64,000 nt of DNA from an uncultured Phycisphaerales bacterium (lineage in GTDB: Bacteria; Planctomycetota; Phycisphaerae; Tepidisphaerales; Tepidisphaeraceae): contig CAVWVQ010000003.1 of NCBI GenBank assembly GCA_963758525.1, positions 4,768,001-4,832,000 on the forward strand, written 5' to 3'. The notes beneath the pieces were generated by a model, which ran no database searches, was not told the origin of the DNA, and saw only the letters and a list, made by a program, of their open reading frames with translations. A program made the position numbers and the translations under genes. Shown here piece by piece: positions 18,799 through 30,444 of the stretch; position 1 is the stretch's first letter; every line of letters begins with the position of its first letter.

Positions 18799-20895
18799 CT
18801 ATTGCGATGCCGAAAAGCTAAGTGACTCTTCCAAGACACGTCGTAGAACACTCACCACACTTAGTCGAGCCCGGAGCATTCCCATCGCCAGCACCGGTGG
18901 AAGGCAGTCGCTGAACTTCAGATTGTCCAGGGCCTTGGTTCCAAGGGATGCAGGCCATAGCTTGGGGGCCGATTCCCACACCTGATCCATCAGCGTGGTT
19001 TGTAACTTGTTCATTTCGGTGTTCACCTTGATTGAAAAGTTGTCCGCTGTGGTTTTGATTCCGATCGCAGTGAATGCCTCCGCGAACGTGGCATTGGCCC
19101 GTAGCCCTGCGAATGTCCACCACTCACAGGCACCTGGACCGGAAGGAATGATCGCTGTGCTATCGACGTGACACCAAGGCATGTCGAGCCGCACTTCGTC
19201 GATGGCTTCACAGGCGCGGCGTGACCATTGTGGCTGGTGGCTGTCCATCGACATGACTTGCCGAATCGCCTGGCACAACTCAAACGACAGTGCTGGGCTT
19301 GCCCCTAACCACTGGGATCGTCCCTTCAGCTCCGTCGGCACGACGTAGGCGACCCGGGCGTCCCAATCCAGGTGCGAGACCTGCCAGCCGCGTCCCGCCA
19401 GAAGGATCACAGGTTTTTCATTGTTACGAAGAACGAACGAGATCTGGTCGATCAGTCCAATCTCTCGCTGGCCATGCAGCACCCGAAAGAGAGGTGGTGA
19501 TGTGAAGCAGGACAGCAATGCCATGAAATTCTTACGGCCGTAACTATCTTCCCCCTCTCCGCCGATCGAGAGCAGGCCGTTGTCACTGACCAGCAGCGTC
19601 GCGGCGACCATGTGGTCAATCACGGCGTCTAGCGTGGCTGCGGGTACGGTTGCAAAACCGGGCATGGCTCCGATCCATTCCTGCCAGCGATCGCGAGCTA
19701 AGCCAGCTTCCTGCAACGCCAATGCCATGATCTGCTGAGCGAAGATATGCAGCGGCATCGACGGTGGATTCACCGGCTCGACGTATCCACTGGCCCATAG
19801 CTGAATGAGTCCTGCGGCCTGGATGAGCGCGCCACGGTCTGTTGCCAGGAACAGGCAGTTTCGCTGCGTGCCCGGGCGCCGGCCGGTTCTGCCAATGCGT
19901 TGCAGGAATGACGCGACGGTTGATGGGGCGTCGATCTGAATGACGCGGTCCAGATCACCGACGTCGATCCCTAACTCCAGTGTGCTCGTTGCAACGATGA
20001 CGCAGTTGCTCCGGCCCGCGAACGCCGCTTCGGCCTGGCGGCGCTCATCGGCGCTAAGCGAACTGTGGGAGACGAATGTCTCGATACCCTTGTCGCGGAG
20101 CATACGGCCAAGCTGTTCCACCCGGGCACGGCTGTCGCAGAATACGAGCCGCTTCTCGCCTGCATGCAGCATGGAGACCACCGTGGCGGCGTTCTCCAGC
20201 GAGCCAACGTAATCCAACTGCACTTCGGCCTGGGCTCCGCCCGTGGTCGCTGCATCAACCACCTCACCGATAGTCGATTGTCCCGCCAGCCAAACCAGTA
20301 ATTCTGTCGCATTGCCGACCGTCGCCGAGAGGCCGGCTCGTTGAAGGGGCCGTCCGGCGATGTGTTGAATACGCTCCAGCACCGAAAGCAGGTGCCAGCC
20401 GCGGTCGTCGCCGGCAAAGGCGTGCATCTCATCAACGACCACCGCGCGGACGTTCGAGAGAAGCTGCGGATGTTTACGGTGGCGCATGACCAGCAATACT
20501 TCCAGGGATTCCGGGGTCGTCAGCAGGATGTCCGGTGGCTCGGAGATGATCGACCGCCGTTCACTATCTGATGTATCACCGTGCCAGAGCTGGCACTGGC
20601 GTCCCACCAGCGTGCAGTAATGTTCGAGCCGCGGCAGAAGGTTGTTGAGCAACGCCTTGATCGGGCAGACATAGAGGATGCTCAGGCCGGTCCAGCCCTC
20701 GGCCAGCGCCCTTGAGAGCAGCGGAAAGATCGCCGCTTCAGTCTTGCCGCCAGCGGTGGGAGCGAGCACCAGAACGCTTTTCCCATCGAGGATCGGCGCG
20801 ATACATCGCTCCTGTACTGGCCGGAGATTCTTCCATCCCAGTGAGTTGACCACATGGTGCTGAATGGAGGGATGAAGTCTGTCGAAGTCACTCAC
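18799..20895 (-). CDS. brxHI: BREX-2 Lhr-like DEAD/DEAH helicase
   Basis: APTAGGKT, DEMH, SAT, TSTLELGID, QRIGRTGR; last gene of Pgl operon. Confidence 0.9.
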   Translation of the reverse strand: MSDFDRLHPSIQHHVVNSLGWKNLRPVQERCIAPILDGKSVLVLAPTAGGKTEAAIFPLLSRALAEGWTGLSILYVCPIKALLNNLLPRLEHYCTLVGRQCQLWHGDTSDSERRSIISEPPDILLTTPESLEVLLVMRHRKHPQLLSNVRAVVVDEMHAFAGDDRGWHLLSVLERIQHIAGRPLQRAGLSATVGNATELLVWLAGQSTIGEVVDAATTGGAQAEVQLDYVGSLENAATVVSMLHAGEKRLVFCDSRARVEQLGRMLRDKGIETFVSHSSLSADERRQAEAAFAGRSNCVIVATSTLELGIDVGDLDRVIQIDAPSTVASFLQRIGRTGRRPGTQRNCLFLATDRGALIQAAGLIQLWASGYVEPVNPPSMPLHIFAQQIMALALQEAGLARDRWQEWIGAMPGFATVPAATLDAVIDHMVAATLLVSDNGLLSIGGEGEDSYGRKNFMALLSCFTSPPLFRVLHGQREIGLIDQISFVLRNNEKPVILLAGRGWQVSHLDWDARVAYVVPTELKGRSQWLGASPALSFELCQAIRQVMSMDSHQPQWSRRACEAIDEVRLDMPWCHVDSTAIIPSGPGACEWWTFAGLRANATFAEAFTAIGIKTTADNFSIKVNTEMNKLQTTLMDQVWESAPKLWPASLGTKALDNLKFSDCLPPVLAMGMLRARLSVVSVLRRVLEESLSFSASQ

Positions 20896-20932
20896 GAAAA
20901 TTGCGCCTGGAAGAATAGGATAGCAGAAGAAC

Positions 20933-22246
20933 TCAAACCTGCAGGTCGATGTCGTCCACGCCCTTGGCCGCGTTTCGCTCGGCCGTCCTCATCTCGTGGT
21001 CGTCGACAGTGAGCTGATAGTGCATCTTGGGATCGAAGTCGGCGTGTAGATCGATACGGTCCAAAACATCTGCGACCAGCTTCTTGAGGAAGAGACGGGG
21101 TGCAATCCCCACTTTGCCGCCGAGTGAGCCCGTGACGGCTCGTGCCAGCCGATCAAGGTATTCGTCGTCGGCCAGCGCAAGGATGCGCTGCCCGTTCGCG
21201 CAATGGGAGGCGTAAATGTCACGAACACGACGGCCGACATCGGCCAGCGATTGGAGTGAAAATCCGGGGAGTCGGATCTGCACTGCCCGTGGACTGTCGA
21301 ACCGAGCGTCCGTCTTAGTGTCCAGGTACAACCGCTGCGCGAGCGGCTCCAATCGCCGTACGCCTTGTGGCCCTTCATAGAACGCGGGCGTGCCGGTGAT
21401 AAGCAAGTACAGCCCTGGGAAGCGGCCGGCATCGACCTCGTCGAGTAACTGCCGAAGTGCGTTGAGCCCCTTATCTCTGATGTCACCGCGTACCCGTTGG
21501 ATTGTCTCCACTTCATCCAGGACGAGTACGAGCCCGGGATGGCCCGAATCGCGCAGTACCACGAGCAAGCCCTGTAGAAAGCTGAGCGCACCGTAGTGGT
21601 CGATGTCACCCTTCACGCCGGCTGCCTTCTTCGACGCCTGAGCGACATTCGGCTGGCCAGCGACCCAGGCGAGGATGCCATCGGCGACTGCCGTATCACC
21701 CGCGCCGACGGCGCCGCGGTACCCGCGCAGCGCGGCGGCAAACATCGGGGCCGTTCGCGTCACCGATGCAAGACGCTTCTCCATCAGGTCGTTGGTCGAA
21801 TCCAGTAGTGCCTTGCTATCCGACGCGTTGACCTGGCCAGATGCCAGAACATCTTCCTCCAGGGCATAGAACCATGCGTCGACGATTTCCCGCAATGCCC
21901 CTTGAGGCGTGCTGGCGGTGGACAATCGTTCCATGAGCCGACGGTAGACGGTTTCGAGTTGGTGCAGCGGCGTCTCCGTCTCCGACACCTGCACCTCGGC
22001 TGCGGCAAAGCCTTGCTGACGGGCGTGCTCCTGGAGCCAACGGGCGAAGAATGTCTTGCCCGATCCGTACTCACCCCGCACGGCCTTAAAGATGCTGCCG
22101 CCACCTTTGATCCGGCCCAACTCCTCGTCAATTGCTCCCTGAAAATGTTCCAGACCAACAGCAAACGCATCGAGGCTCCGCTGGGGCACGGTGCCACGAC
22201 GAAGGGCGTCGAGAATCTCCTGCCGGCGTTGAGGGCTGATGTTCAT
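20933..22246 (-). CDS. brxD: BREX system ATP-binding protein BrxD
   Basis: ALRRGTVP, GEYGSGKT Walker A, LVLDEVE Walker B; between pglZ and helicase. Confidence 0.92.
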   Translation of the reverse strand: MNISPQRRQEILDALRRGTVPQRSLDAFAVGLEHFQGAIDEELGRIKGGGSIFKAVRGEYGSGKTFFARWLQEHARQQGFAAAEVQVSETETPLHQLETVYRRLMERLSTASTPQGALREIVDAWFYALEEDVLASGQVNASDSKALLDSTNDLMEKRLASVTRTAPMFAAALRGYRGAVGAGDTAVADGILAWVAGQPNVAQASKKAAGVKGDIDHYGALSFLQGLLVVLRDSGHPGLVLVLDEVETIQRVRGDIRDKGLNALRQLLDEVDAGRFPGLYLLITGTPAFYEGPQGVRRLEPLAQRLYLDTKTDARFDSPRAVQIRLPGFSLQSLADVGRRVRDIYASHCANGQRILALADDEYLDRLARAVTGSLGGKVGIAPRLFLKKLVADVLDRIDLHADFDPKMHYQLTVDDHEMRTAERNAAKGVDDIDLQV

Positions 22247-22256
22247 GAGCGTTCAT

Positions 22257-24980
22257 TCACTGGACATCGAACTGCACCTTGAGCCGCTCGACGTCCAGTA
22301 CAACGGAATCGGAGGCTTCGTCGATGGAAAGTACATCCACGCCGTCGAAGTTTAGCAGACGTCGCATCGCGGCGATGATCCCGGGCAGGCGAAGGGGAGG
22401 CAAATTGAGGTACCGCGCCAGCCCGGGCCGAAGGATCTTGCCGCCCCGACTCGTGATGACGAGTAGGAAGTTGCGGACAACTTCGTCGGAAATCGGCGTG
22501 CGTCCGGCGGACTTCCGCTGGTTCCCAAACACCGGACTGGTCAACAGTGGCTCCAGCCAGTTTGGTGCCGCCATCGGGACGATGACCGTTGCCGCAACCA
22601 CTGGTGTCGGTGCTGGAGTCTTTGGCAGATCGAATAGTGACTCGGGCTCCTTCAGGGAGATTGCTACCGTGGACGGCACTGCCTCGGCAATGCCTCCCGG
22701 TGCAGCCGTGCTCTCAGGCGGCTGGTTATCCCACCACGCCGGCTGATACAAGGCGACTTCCGACCAGCCATCGGGACGCTTTCCGGTGGACGGAATCAAG
22801 ACTGCAAGCGGCGCGAGCATTTCCTGCGGGGCGAGCCCGCCATGGTACCCGTTCTTCTTCAGCCCGAAGTGGATTCGTTCGGACCAGAGTGCGATCAACT
22901 CGCCGCCGTCAGCAACGACGCGCTGTCCCTTCACTTGGAGTTCGCCATCTCGTAGCGTTCCGGTCGCCGAACGCCATCGTTCGCCGCGATCGGACTCCCG
23001 GTATGTAGTCTGGCGGTCGATCACATGCCCGTGATCGCTGGCAAGGATCAGCGTCCTCCCCGCCATCGCTGCTTCGTGCAGCAGCGATTGAAGTACGCGA
23101 ATGTAACCGACCGTCCACCGCGGTTGCACCTGATCGCCCTTGAGCAGATGGTCATCCACTGCGTTGATCACCACAGCGATCACCCGGCGGTTGGAGGCGA
23201 TGGTCCTTCGCAGATCCGCCGCCAGGTCGTTCCCTGCTCCCTCGGAAAGCTCTGCCTTGTGGAACAACACGGGATGTCCCGCATTACGACTGGCTTTGAC
23301 CAGCCCGGCATGCGTCGTAAAGCCAGCATTGGCTTCGGATTGCCCGCCCTGTGTCAGCCGACCACACAGCAGGGTTGTGCGCGAGAACTGCGTGACTGAG
23401 GGGATGGTCGCCACCACCGGCCGGCCGCCCGGGAACGCGGGTTGTTCAAGCTGAACCCATCCATGACGGTTGATCAAATCGTCGAGCAGCTCCCGGAAGA
23501 CGGCAAAGCTCGTGCCGTCGATCACCAACAGCAGGACCGGCGTCTGATCCGCCAGCGGGGCCACAACTTCATCAAGCACGGACTCGATCGCCAGTACCGT
23601 TTGGGGCTTCGATGCAGCCGTTGTCCACTCGACCAGCGACCGCGCGAACTGCTCGTTCTGGGCTTCCCGCCAGGCGGTGACAGCGCCGGCAAGCTTGGTG
23701 AAAGCATCGGCGAGTTCTGCGCGCCCTTCGCCGGCAACCACGCTCCGACCCCAATCCACGAAGCCGCCATCTTTCGCGTAGGCCGCTGCAAGCTGCTCAA
23801 ACGGTGCCGCATGGGTGGGCTCGGGCATCGGAGCCTGCGCGAGAAACTGCGCCAGTCGTAGTGACATGTCGATGCGACGTACGCGATCGGCCTGCAGTTT
23901 GGCTTGGTCGTGGGCCGTGACAGACGCCGCGGCTTCCACGAGCGACTTCAGGGGCGTTGCTGAGCGGGTTTCAAGCCATCCAGTCAGAGCGGAAGCGTAA
24001 CTCACCAACCGGCGCTCAAATCCTTCGGGCAGAACATCGCTTAGATGGGCGACTTCCACAGCCTTCAATTCAGAGACGAGTTGATCGGCTCGTGCGAGAA
24101 CCGAACGGGCGGCGTTCACGCCCTCGGTCGACTGGATGCCACGCACCACGGCTTCAGACGCCGCGGCCCATTGTCGCCCGGCGTGGGGGCTCAGCGGGTG
24201 ATCCAGTATGTATTTCTCCAGCCGCACAGCACCGGCGGGGAACGAAGCGTCTTTGCCGGTTGACGGATGAAACAGAATCCCGCAGATCAAACCGAGCGGC
24301 ACGGCATCCGCGCCGTGACCGCCGTCGATGCAATTCAGGACCGCCTCGGCCGCTAGCCCGCACGCACCAATCAGATGTTCCCTCAGCCCGGCCCGGAATC
24401 CGTCATCGAGTTCCGCGTATCGGCGCAAGGCGTCTTTGTCGCGGGTCCAGGCAGCTAGAGCTTCCAAGTCAACGGGGCTGCGTTCAATGCCGAGCTTCCG
24501 CGTCAGGAGCACCTTCCAGACCGTCGCGGCATCGAGCACACCGGCCGGCACCGGCTCGAACCCGCCGTCTGGCAACAACGACAGCAATGCCTCGGCGATC
24601 CAAGCGTGCGTCGCCACCTGCGGATCGAGTTGCCGGGCCTGGAATTGTTCCAGCAGCATATCCCAGGCCCGAACGGTTTCCAGCCGGCTCCGCATGAGCC
24701 GGGCCAGCACATCAGCGCCGAGTTGATGCTCGTCGAGTGGCGTAACCAGAACCAAACCGCGGGGACCGACGTCGTACTCCGTCAGGCGGCTGCGGGCTTC
24801 CAGCGGACCGGCGCACCAGACGATGTCGTACGGACGGCCATCCACAGCGAATGCATCTCCGCCCGACCACTTTGCCGGCGAACGGATTCCCACCGCCAGG
24901 TTTGGATTGACCTTGGCGTGCTTGCGAAGCCGCTGAACATGGGCTCGGATCTGCGTCAGACTGGGTGCGACCGGGACCAT
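22257..24980 (-). CDS. pglZ: BREX-2 PglZ alkaline-phosphatase-fold protein
   Basis: LLLVIDG, PSVTQFSR, NAVDDHL, ASDHGHV, GYHGG..PQEM. Confidence 0.93.
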   Translation of the reverse strand: MVPVAPSLTQIRAHVQRLRKHAKVNPNLAVGIRSPAKWSGGDAFAVDGRPYDIVWCAGPLEARSRLTEYDVGPRGLVLVTPLDEHQLGADVLARLMRSRLETVRAWDMLLEQFQARQLDPQVATHAWIAEALLSLLPDGGFEPVPAGVLDAATVWKVLLTRKLGIERSPVDLEALAAWTRDKDALRRYAELDDGFRAGLREHLIGACGLAAEAVLNCIDGGHGADAVPLGLICGILFHPSTGKDASFPAGAVRLEKYILDHPLSPHAGRQWAAASEAVVRGIQSTEGVNAARSVLARADQLVSELKAVEVAHLSDVLPEGFERRLVSYASALTGWLETRSATPLKSLVEAAASVTAHDQAKLQADRVRRIDMSLRLAQFLAQAPMPEPTHAAPFEQLAAAYAKDGGFVDWGRSVVAGEGRAELADAFTKLAGAVTAWREAQNEQFARSLVEWTTAASKPQTVLAIESVLDEVVAPLADQTPVLLLVIDGTSFAVFRELLDDLINRHGWVQLEQPAFPGGRPVVATIPSVTQFSRTTLLCGRLTQGGQSEANAGFTTHAGLVKASRNAGHPVLFHKAELSEGAGNDLAADLRRTIASNRRVIAVVINAVDDHLLKGDQVQPRWTVGYIRVLQSLLHEAAMAGRTLILASDHGHVIDRQTTYRESDRGERWRSATGTLRDGELQVKGQRVVADGGELIALWSERIHFGLKKNGYHGGLAPQEMLAPLAVLIPSTGKRPDGWSEVALYQPAWWDNQPPESTAAPGGIAEAVPSTVAISLKEPESLFDLPKTPAPTPVVAATVIVPMAAPNWLEPLLTSPVFGNQRKSAGRTPISDEVVRNFLLVITSRGGKILRPGLARYLNLPPLRLPGIIAAMRRLLNFDGVDVLSIDEASDSVVLDVERLKVQFDVQ

Positions 24981-24985
24981 CGTGA

Positions 24986-27900
24986 TTACTTCTCCCGACG
25001 ATGCGATTCCCAGCGAATCGTCAGGCGGGTGGCGCCGTCCAGTTTTTGCCGCAGCTTTTTCATCAGCTCGTCGAACGCAACGGCATCGACAAGCTCGCCA
25101 TCGCCCCCATCGGCCTTGACCCATCCCGGCGAGGGTGGCGGGATCGGCGGTCCGACGACAGTTGGCTTAACTGCCGGCGGCACGATCAGCAACTTCACAG
25201 CGCGTTCATGCAGCGATGACAATGCCGGTGCGAGCGCGACGGCATGTTCGTCAGCGCTCGAGCGCCTCCCGCAGCTCTGTCAAAATGGCTTGCGCCGTCG
25301 GCTGCTTCTCCGTGCCCAGCCCGGCCAATCCTTCGATCACGTTCCAGATCGGCGCATCCAACGCACCTACCACGACTCCGGCTTTCTTCAGGCTCGTGCC
25401 CATTGCGGCCTCAGTCGTTGGCACCGTGGCCTTCATCAGGGTGTTGACTGTGTCCTCCCGGCCGGTTTGCACTGCCTCAAGCAGTTTCATCGTGGCCATG
25501 GCGGTGCGGAACCTCGGGCTCTTGTCCTTCTCGATATCGAACTGCGGCAGGATCTGGCTCAGTCGCGCCGCGAGTTTCGCCACTGGCTCCTGATGTTGCG
25601 CCGCCACTGTTCGCACGTCCTCGCAGAATTTCGCCAGGTTGATCGCGTTGAGCAGCGGCGAGGTGGTGACACCGAAGATTGTTGCACCGCGTTTGCTGGC
25701 CGCGTCCCAATCCGCCTTAGGCGGCAGGTGGATGGATCGCAACTCTAAGTTTGTCGGCACGTCATCTAGCGCTGGCTGGTACGGTCCGCCGTGCTGGAAG
25801 AACGAATGATTGATCTGCTCGGCAAACGTCAGAATCACCAGATTCCGCACCTCGCGCGTGAGCCCCATCGGTGTCGGCTCGTCGATCCATTTGATGAGCT
25901 TCTCCGTCGTCAGCAGCCCGCCAGCGGCGGCTTGCTTCCGCTCGAAATGGTTCTTCCACCAGGTGCCGAGAACCAGATGCGTTTCAGCCATCTCACCGAT
26001 CCGCAGGGGATTCACTACGAGCTTCAGCACCGTCCGATTTGGCTGATCGACCAATACGCGTCCATCCGGCGATTGCAGCGCCCGCTGTACCTCGGGGTAC
26101 ACCTTGTTCTTCAACATCGACGGCCGAATCTCCGCCTCGAACAGCGGGTGGCCGGGATACTGGTGATCCAGCGCCTGACCGACCAGGTGCTCCAGTTGCT
26201 GCCGAAGGTTCGCGCCAACGGGTGATTGAGGCTTGAAGCTGTCGTCGAGCGAGAAGACATGCGTGGCCAAATCGTGCGTCGTATCCAGTGCGCCGGGCGG
26301 CGGCGTGTCGGTGCCGTAGGCGGCCTCCAGGCATTTCACCATTTTCTGGCGGAGTTGGCTTCGCTGATTCTCCATCAACGACTTGGCCGACACCCGGTCC
26401 ATCGGCGACAGATGCGCCGCCAGCGCGTTGAACCGTTCCTCCTTCAGGCAGTGGTCGAGCAACACCAGCTTGCCCAACTCACGCTGCAGCTCCATGCTGA
26501 GAAACGACGGCAGCCACGCAATCGTCAGATGCCGTCCGCCGACCTGCGATGCGAACATGTCGAGCCGGGCGCGGTCGTCGGCCGGGCCGTGTCCATCAAC
26601 GTCCAGCGGGAAATCGACGATCACCTTCCAGGTCGGCCCCTCATTTTGCAGCGACACATCCGGCAGGTCTCGTACATTCGTAAACAACACATCAAATGAA
26701 CGCTTCGTGCCGCGCCAGATCGTTTCGTGCGTGAGCTGAAGCTCATCGGTGTTCTCGATGGCGAACTGCTCGCAGAGAATTTCCCAGATCTTCCGTCGTC
26801 GATTGCCATGGTTGTCTTCGCTCTTGGCCTTCTCCAGGATGCTCTCGATATCCACGCCGGTGAGCATGATCGAGATCGTCGGGTTGGCCGTGTCATCGCT
26901 GAATCGGATCTGGCCAACGCGGGCGACCCAGTTGCGGCACTTGCCAAGTACCATCTGTCCCTCGCGGCCAGGAATGGGCGAGCGGATTGTTCCGTGATTC
27001 AGAGCCGCCAGCTTCGCGCCGGTCATGCCGCGGAAGGATTCGACCTGCGGCACCAGTGCTGCCAGCAGAAGCGTTTTGATCAGCCGTTCGTCGTTGCGGA
27101 ACTTGGCTGCGACCGCATCATCCCACGGGCGCTTCAGCACGTCTTCGCGACGCAATCCATGCTCCTGCTCCAGCATGGGCAGCAGCTGCTCGTGGTACAG
27201 CCTTCGTGCCGAATCAAAGGACCGGCGCATTTCGTCGATGAACGCCTCGTCGCCGTGAGCGACGTAATCCCACAGGTCACCGGCCGGCACGATGTCGCCC
27301 AGCTTCAGCGTTTCCCGCTGATCAACCAGCAATTCCAGCATCACCTTCAGCGCCGTGCGTTCCCGCTGGAGCATCGACGACACGGCTACAAGCGTGTCCA
27401 TCAGCGCAGGGCTGAAGGGGTAGACCTTGCGGAACATCTCCCGGCTTCCCTGGCTGGTAAGCAGCGTGTCGGTCACTTCCTGGCGAAACCGCTCCGTCTC
27501 CTTGAACGCCGTGTCGATCTGCTGCCGTGCCCCCTCGCTCTTGGGCTTCAGCACGCGCTCCGCCGCGATGGCGGGAAGATTGCGGTCCTCCAGCTTGATG
27601 GTGGCGAAGCGCCCTTCCCAATGCTTCAGCGCATCGGAGAATCGAAGCTGCTCGACGCCGGTGATGTTTTCCCCGACCAGTTCCCGCAGATCCCTCTGCC
27701 GGGCGACGAAGCTGACGATCGGCACAGGGCGGTCAGCCCGCTGGGCTTCCACGAGTTTGGCCAGCTTCTGCCCCTCACGATGAACGAAGTCCACATCCGC
27801 CGCCCGGCTGGCGAGCCAGAGCACCAATTCATCTAGGAACAGCACTACGGCGTCGTATCCCAGATCCGCAGCATGGCGGCTGATGACCGACAGCCCATTG

Positions 27901-28625
27901 TCCAGATCGATAAACGCCGTGGCGTCGTTTGCCGCCGCGGCGGAGTACATCGGAAGCAGGTGCTTCACCAGATCGCCCACGAGCCGGCCGCGCTCTTCGG
28001 AGTTCGGCGGGCTCGTTGCCGCCTTCTCAAAGGACGCCGCATCCCACGCGCCTTCCAGATCACCCCACTCGCCGGATTTCTCTCCGCTGTTGAGCGCGGC
28101 CAGGAATGAATCGTCACCCATCCGGCTCCGCAGCACGCGGGCGTTTTGCAAGAGCAGTTCCGACTTATACACCGCCGGCACCGGCGCCTTTGGATGCAGC
28201 CGCTGGACATGCTCGGCATACCCGCCCAGGATCGCCGACTCCATATTGGCCGCGCCGATCATGTGGTACGGGATGAGCAAGAACTTACGGTTCTCCGTCC
28301 AGGCGTTGTGCCTAGCCACGACGGGCGCGAGCTTGGCGATCGACCGGGCATGAACATCCCGATTGAGCAGCAGGTGCAGGATCGCCATGAAATGGCTCTT
28401 GCCGCTGCCGAAGCTGCCATGGAGGTAGCAGGCCCGCGAGTTGCGCGCGTCGATCGCCCCCTTCACAAACGTCAGCGCATCGTCAAAGCAGGTCACGAGC
28501 TGGTCGGTGACGACGTAGGTGTCCACCGTCTTCTGCGAGTCTTGCACACCGGCAGACAAATTCAGGACGAAGTCGCCGCGGAAGACCTTGTCGGGCAGCG
28601 AGATCAATTCCTGGATAAGTGTCAT
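24986..28625 (-). CDS. pglY: BREX-2 ATPase PglY, frameshifted near C-terminus (ORF 28625-25251 continues in another frame to 24986)
   Basis: YLHGSFGSGKSHFM, LFLDELVLWL, SFVARQRDL; second frame reads ADEHAVALAPAL...TIRW up to the pglZ start. Confidence 0.9.
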
Positions 28626-28950
28626 TTTTCCACGCCCATTCGGTTCGCCTGCCTCTCCCCCGAACGTGGATTGGCCAAGCGGCGGTGATTGTAGTGCAAC
28701 GGTCACTAGGATCGAAGCGCGTGCAGAGCGGCGGAAATCCGATAGTGGTTGGGGTTGACGAGCCGAGCTTCAAAACGTCCGAGGCTGGTGTCCAAGTTCG
28801 AGCGACAACGGTAATCGCGTCGCAAACCGGATATTCGGTATACTCGCGCGGACTGAGATGCCACTCTGCGCACACCCTCGAATCTGTCCTAAGTTGAGCG
28901 CGATCGACAATTGACCGAACCGACCGTTTCGGCGACAAAACATAAAGAAC

Positions 28951-29730
28951 ATGGGTGAATCGAACGCGCAAGCTGCCCGGAAGAAGTACCTGAACCCTCC
29001 GGTCGTTGAGATTGCGGCGGACTTCCAAATGCCACGCGGTAGTGGCCAGGACTGGGATTGGAACCAGGCCGCTTTATTCCTTGAGAACGTAATCGAGTCT
29101 GGCGAACCCCTCGAAAGCCTTCAAGAAATGAAAATTCTTCGGCAGCGCGGGAGAGCGTCGAAGCATTCCGGAAGCAATAATCCCGAAATTCAGCTGACTG
29201 AGAACACACTGCGGCAGCGGCGTTACATAGTGGGCCGCTCGCATTGCATTCAGATTGCTCCCGAACGTCTGATCGTTAACTGCGTCAAGAATGAGCACCA
29301 GACGCCCACTTACCGCGTCTTGGAGCCACTTGTCTTGAAGTATCTGGCTGCTTATCGGGAGTTTTTCGGCCCCGATGGGATAAAAAGCCTATCGTTGAGT
29401 TACGTAGATGATGTTACGCTGCCGGTTAGTCCGGCCGTGGATTTGTCCGAGTATTTCAATATTCGCGTTGATTTTCCCGAGGTGTTTGGCAGTACCCAGA
29501 GCTTCAATGTACGGGCGGAGTGGGCTTCCGGTCCTCTCGCGGTACGATTGGAGCTGAAAGACGTGAAACCGTTCACGTTTCGCCTCGACTGGCAGGCAAC
29601 CAAATCGCTCCCCCATGCATCGCCAATTAGTGATGCGATGGTTTCACTGGGTGAGTGCAGGACAGTATTGAGTGAGCGTTTCGAGGCGTCGCTGACTGAC
29701 CGGTCGCGACAGCTTTTCAACCCGGAGTAA
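28951..29730 (+). CDS. TIGR04255-like family protein
   Basis: YLNPPVVEIAADF N-terminus; IKSLSLSYVDDVTLP; FEASLTD C-terminus. Confidence 0.7.
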   Translation: MGESNAQAARKKYLNPPVVEIAADFQMPRGSGQDWDWNQAALFLENVIESGEPLESLQEMKILRQRGRASKHSGSNNPEIQLTENTLRQRRYIVGRSHCIQIAPERLIVNCVKNEHQTPTYRVLEPLVLKYLAAYREFFGPDGIKSLSLSYVDDVTLPVSPAVDLSEYFNIRVDFPEVFGSTQSFNVRAEWASGPLAVRLELKDVKPFTFRLDWQATKSLPHASPISDAMVSLGECRTVLSERFEASLTDRSRQLFNPE

Positions 29731-29734
29731 AGAA

Positions 29735-30427
29735 GTGTTTTCTTACGCACCTCCTCCCAGCGAGTACGTGAATCTCGCCCCTCTGCACGAGGGGGCGTCA
29801 ATTCAGGAAGAGCAGTCATGGCTGGCTCGAAGCATTGAACAGATCACGATGAGCGGCGTGCCGCGTGACTCGGTTCGTGTCGGCCGTACCGTCTACCCGT
29901 TTCGGCGGCAGTTGGTGGAGCGAATCGGACCCGCATTCTACTCACTCGATGGATTCTTCCCGCACATCGTTGGCGAGGGAAAGAATTCGGAAGCTGCCAG
30001 AAGGGATTTTGAAGAGAAACTCCATGTCGCGTTCCAAGATACTGCCCGAACGGCTGACTTTGATCGGACTATCGTCCAGCAGCGTCTCTGGTTGCTCTGT
30101 TCGAGCTTGATAGACATCGCAGCGTATGACCAGCTGCGCACAGTGACCGTCACCCGGATTGGGAAGGTGATCGGCAGTCCCCGCGCAGGCCTGATCAAGA
30201 TTCGATGGGCATCGGGCGTGGCTCAGAGAATTGACGCCAGAAAAGCAGTGCCGGAGTTTGCTGCCCTTCAAATTGGCCAGTGGTTTGAGGCCGTAATTCG
30301 TACAAACTACCTGAGCGCCAAGCTATTGTCCGTCGAACACGTCGCACGGATCCGAACCCCCGTTTTTACCGCCACCGCCCGCAGTGAGTTCTGGAACTCA
30401 GTCCTTCCACCCGCGAAGCAGGCCTGA
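29735..30427 (+). CDS. Hypothetical protein with HicB-like segment
   Basis: IVGEGKNSEAARRDFEEKL resembles the HicB G.G.T.EEA motif; 4 bp after upstream stop. Confidence 0.55.
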   Translation: MFSYAPPPSEYVNLAPLHEGASIQEEQSWLARSIEQITMSGVPRDSVRVGRTVYPFRRQLVERIGPAFYSLDGFFPHIVGEGKNSEAARRDFEEKLHVAFQDTARTADFDRTIVQQRLWLLCSSLIDIAAYDQLRTVTVTRIGKVIGSPRAGLIKIRWASGVAQRIDARKAVPEFAALQIGQWFEAVIRTNYLSAKLLSVEHVARIRTPVFTATARSEFWNSVLPPAKQA

Positions 30428-30444
30428 GCGACTCGCCAATCCAG

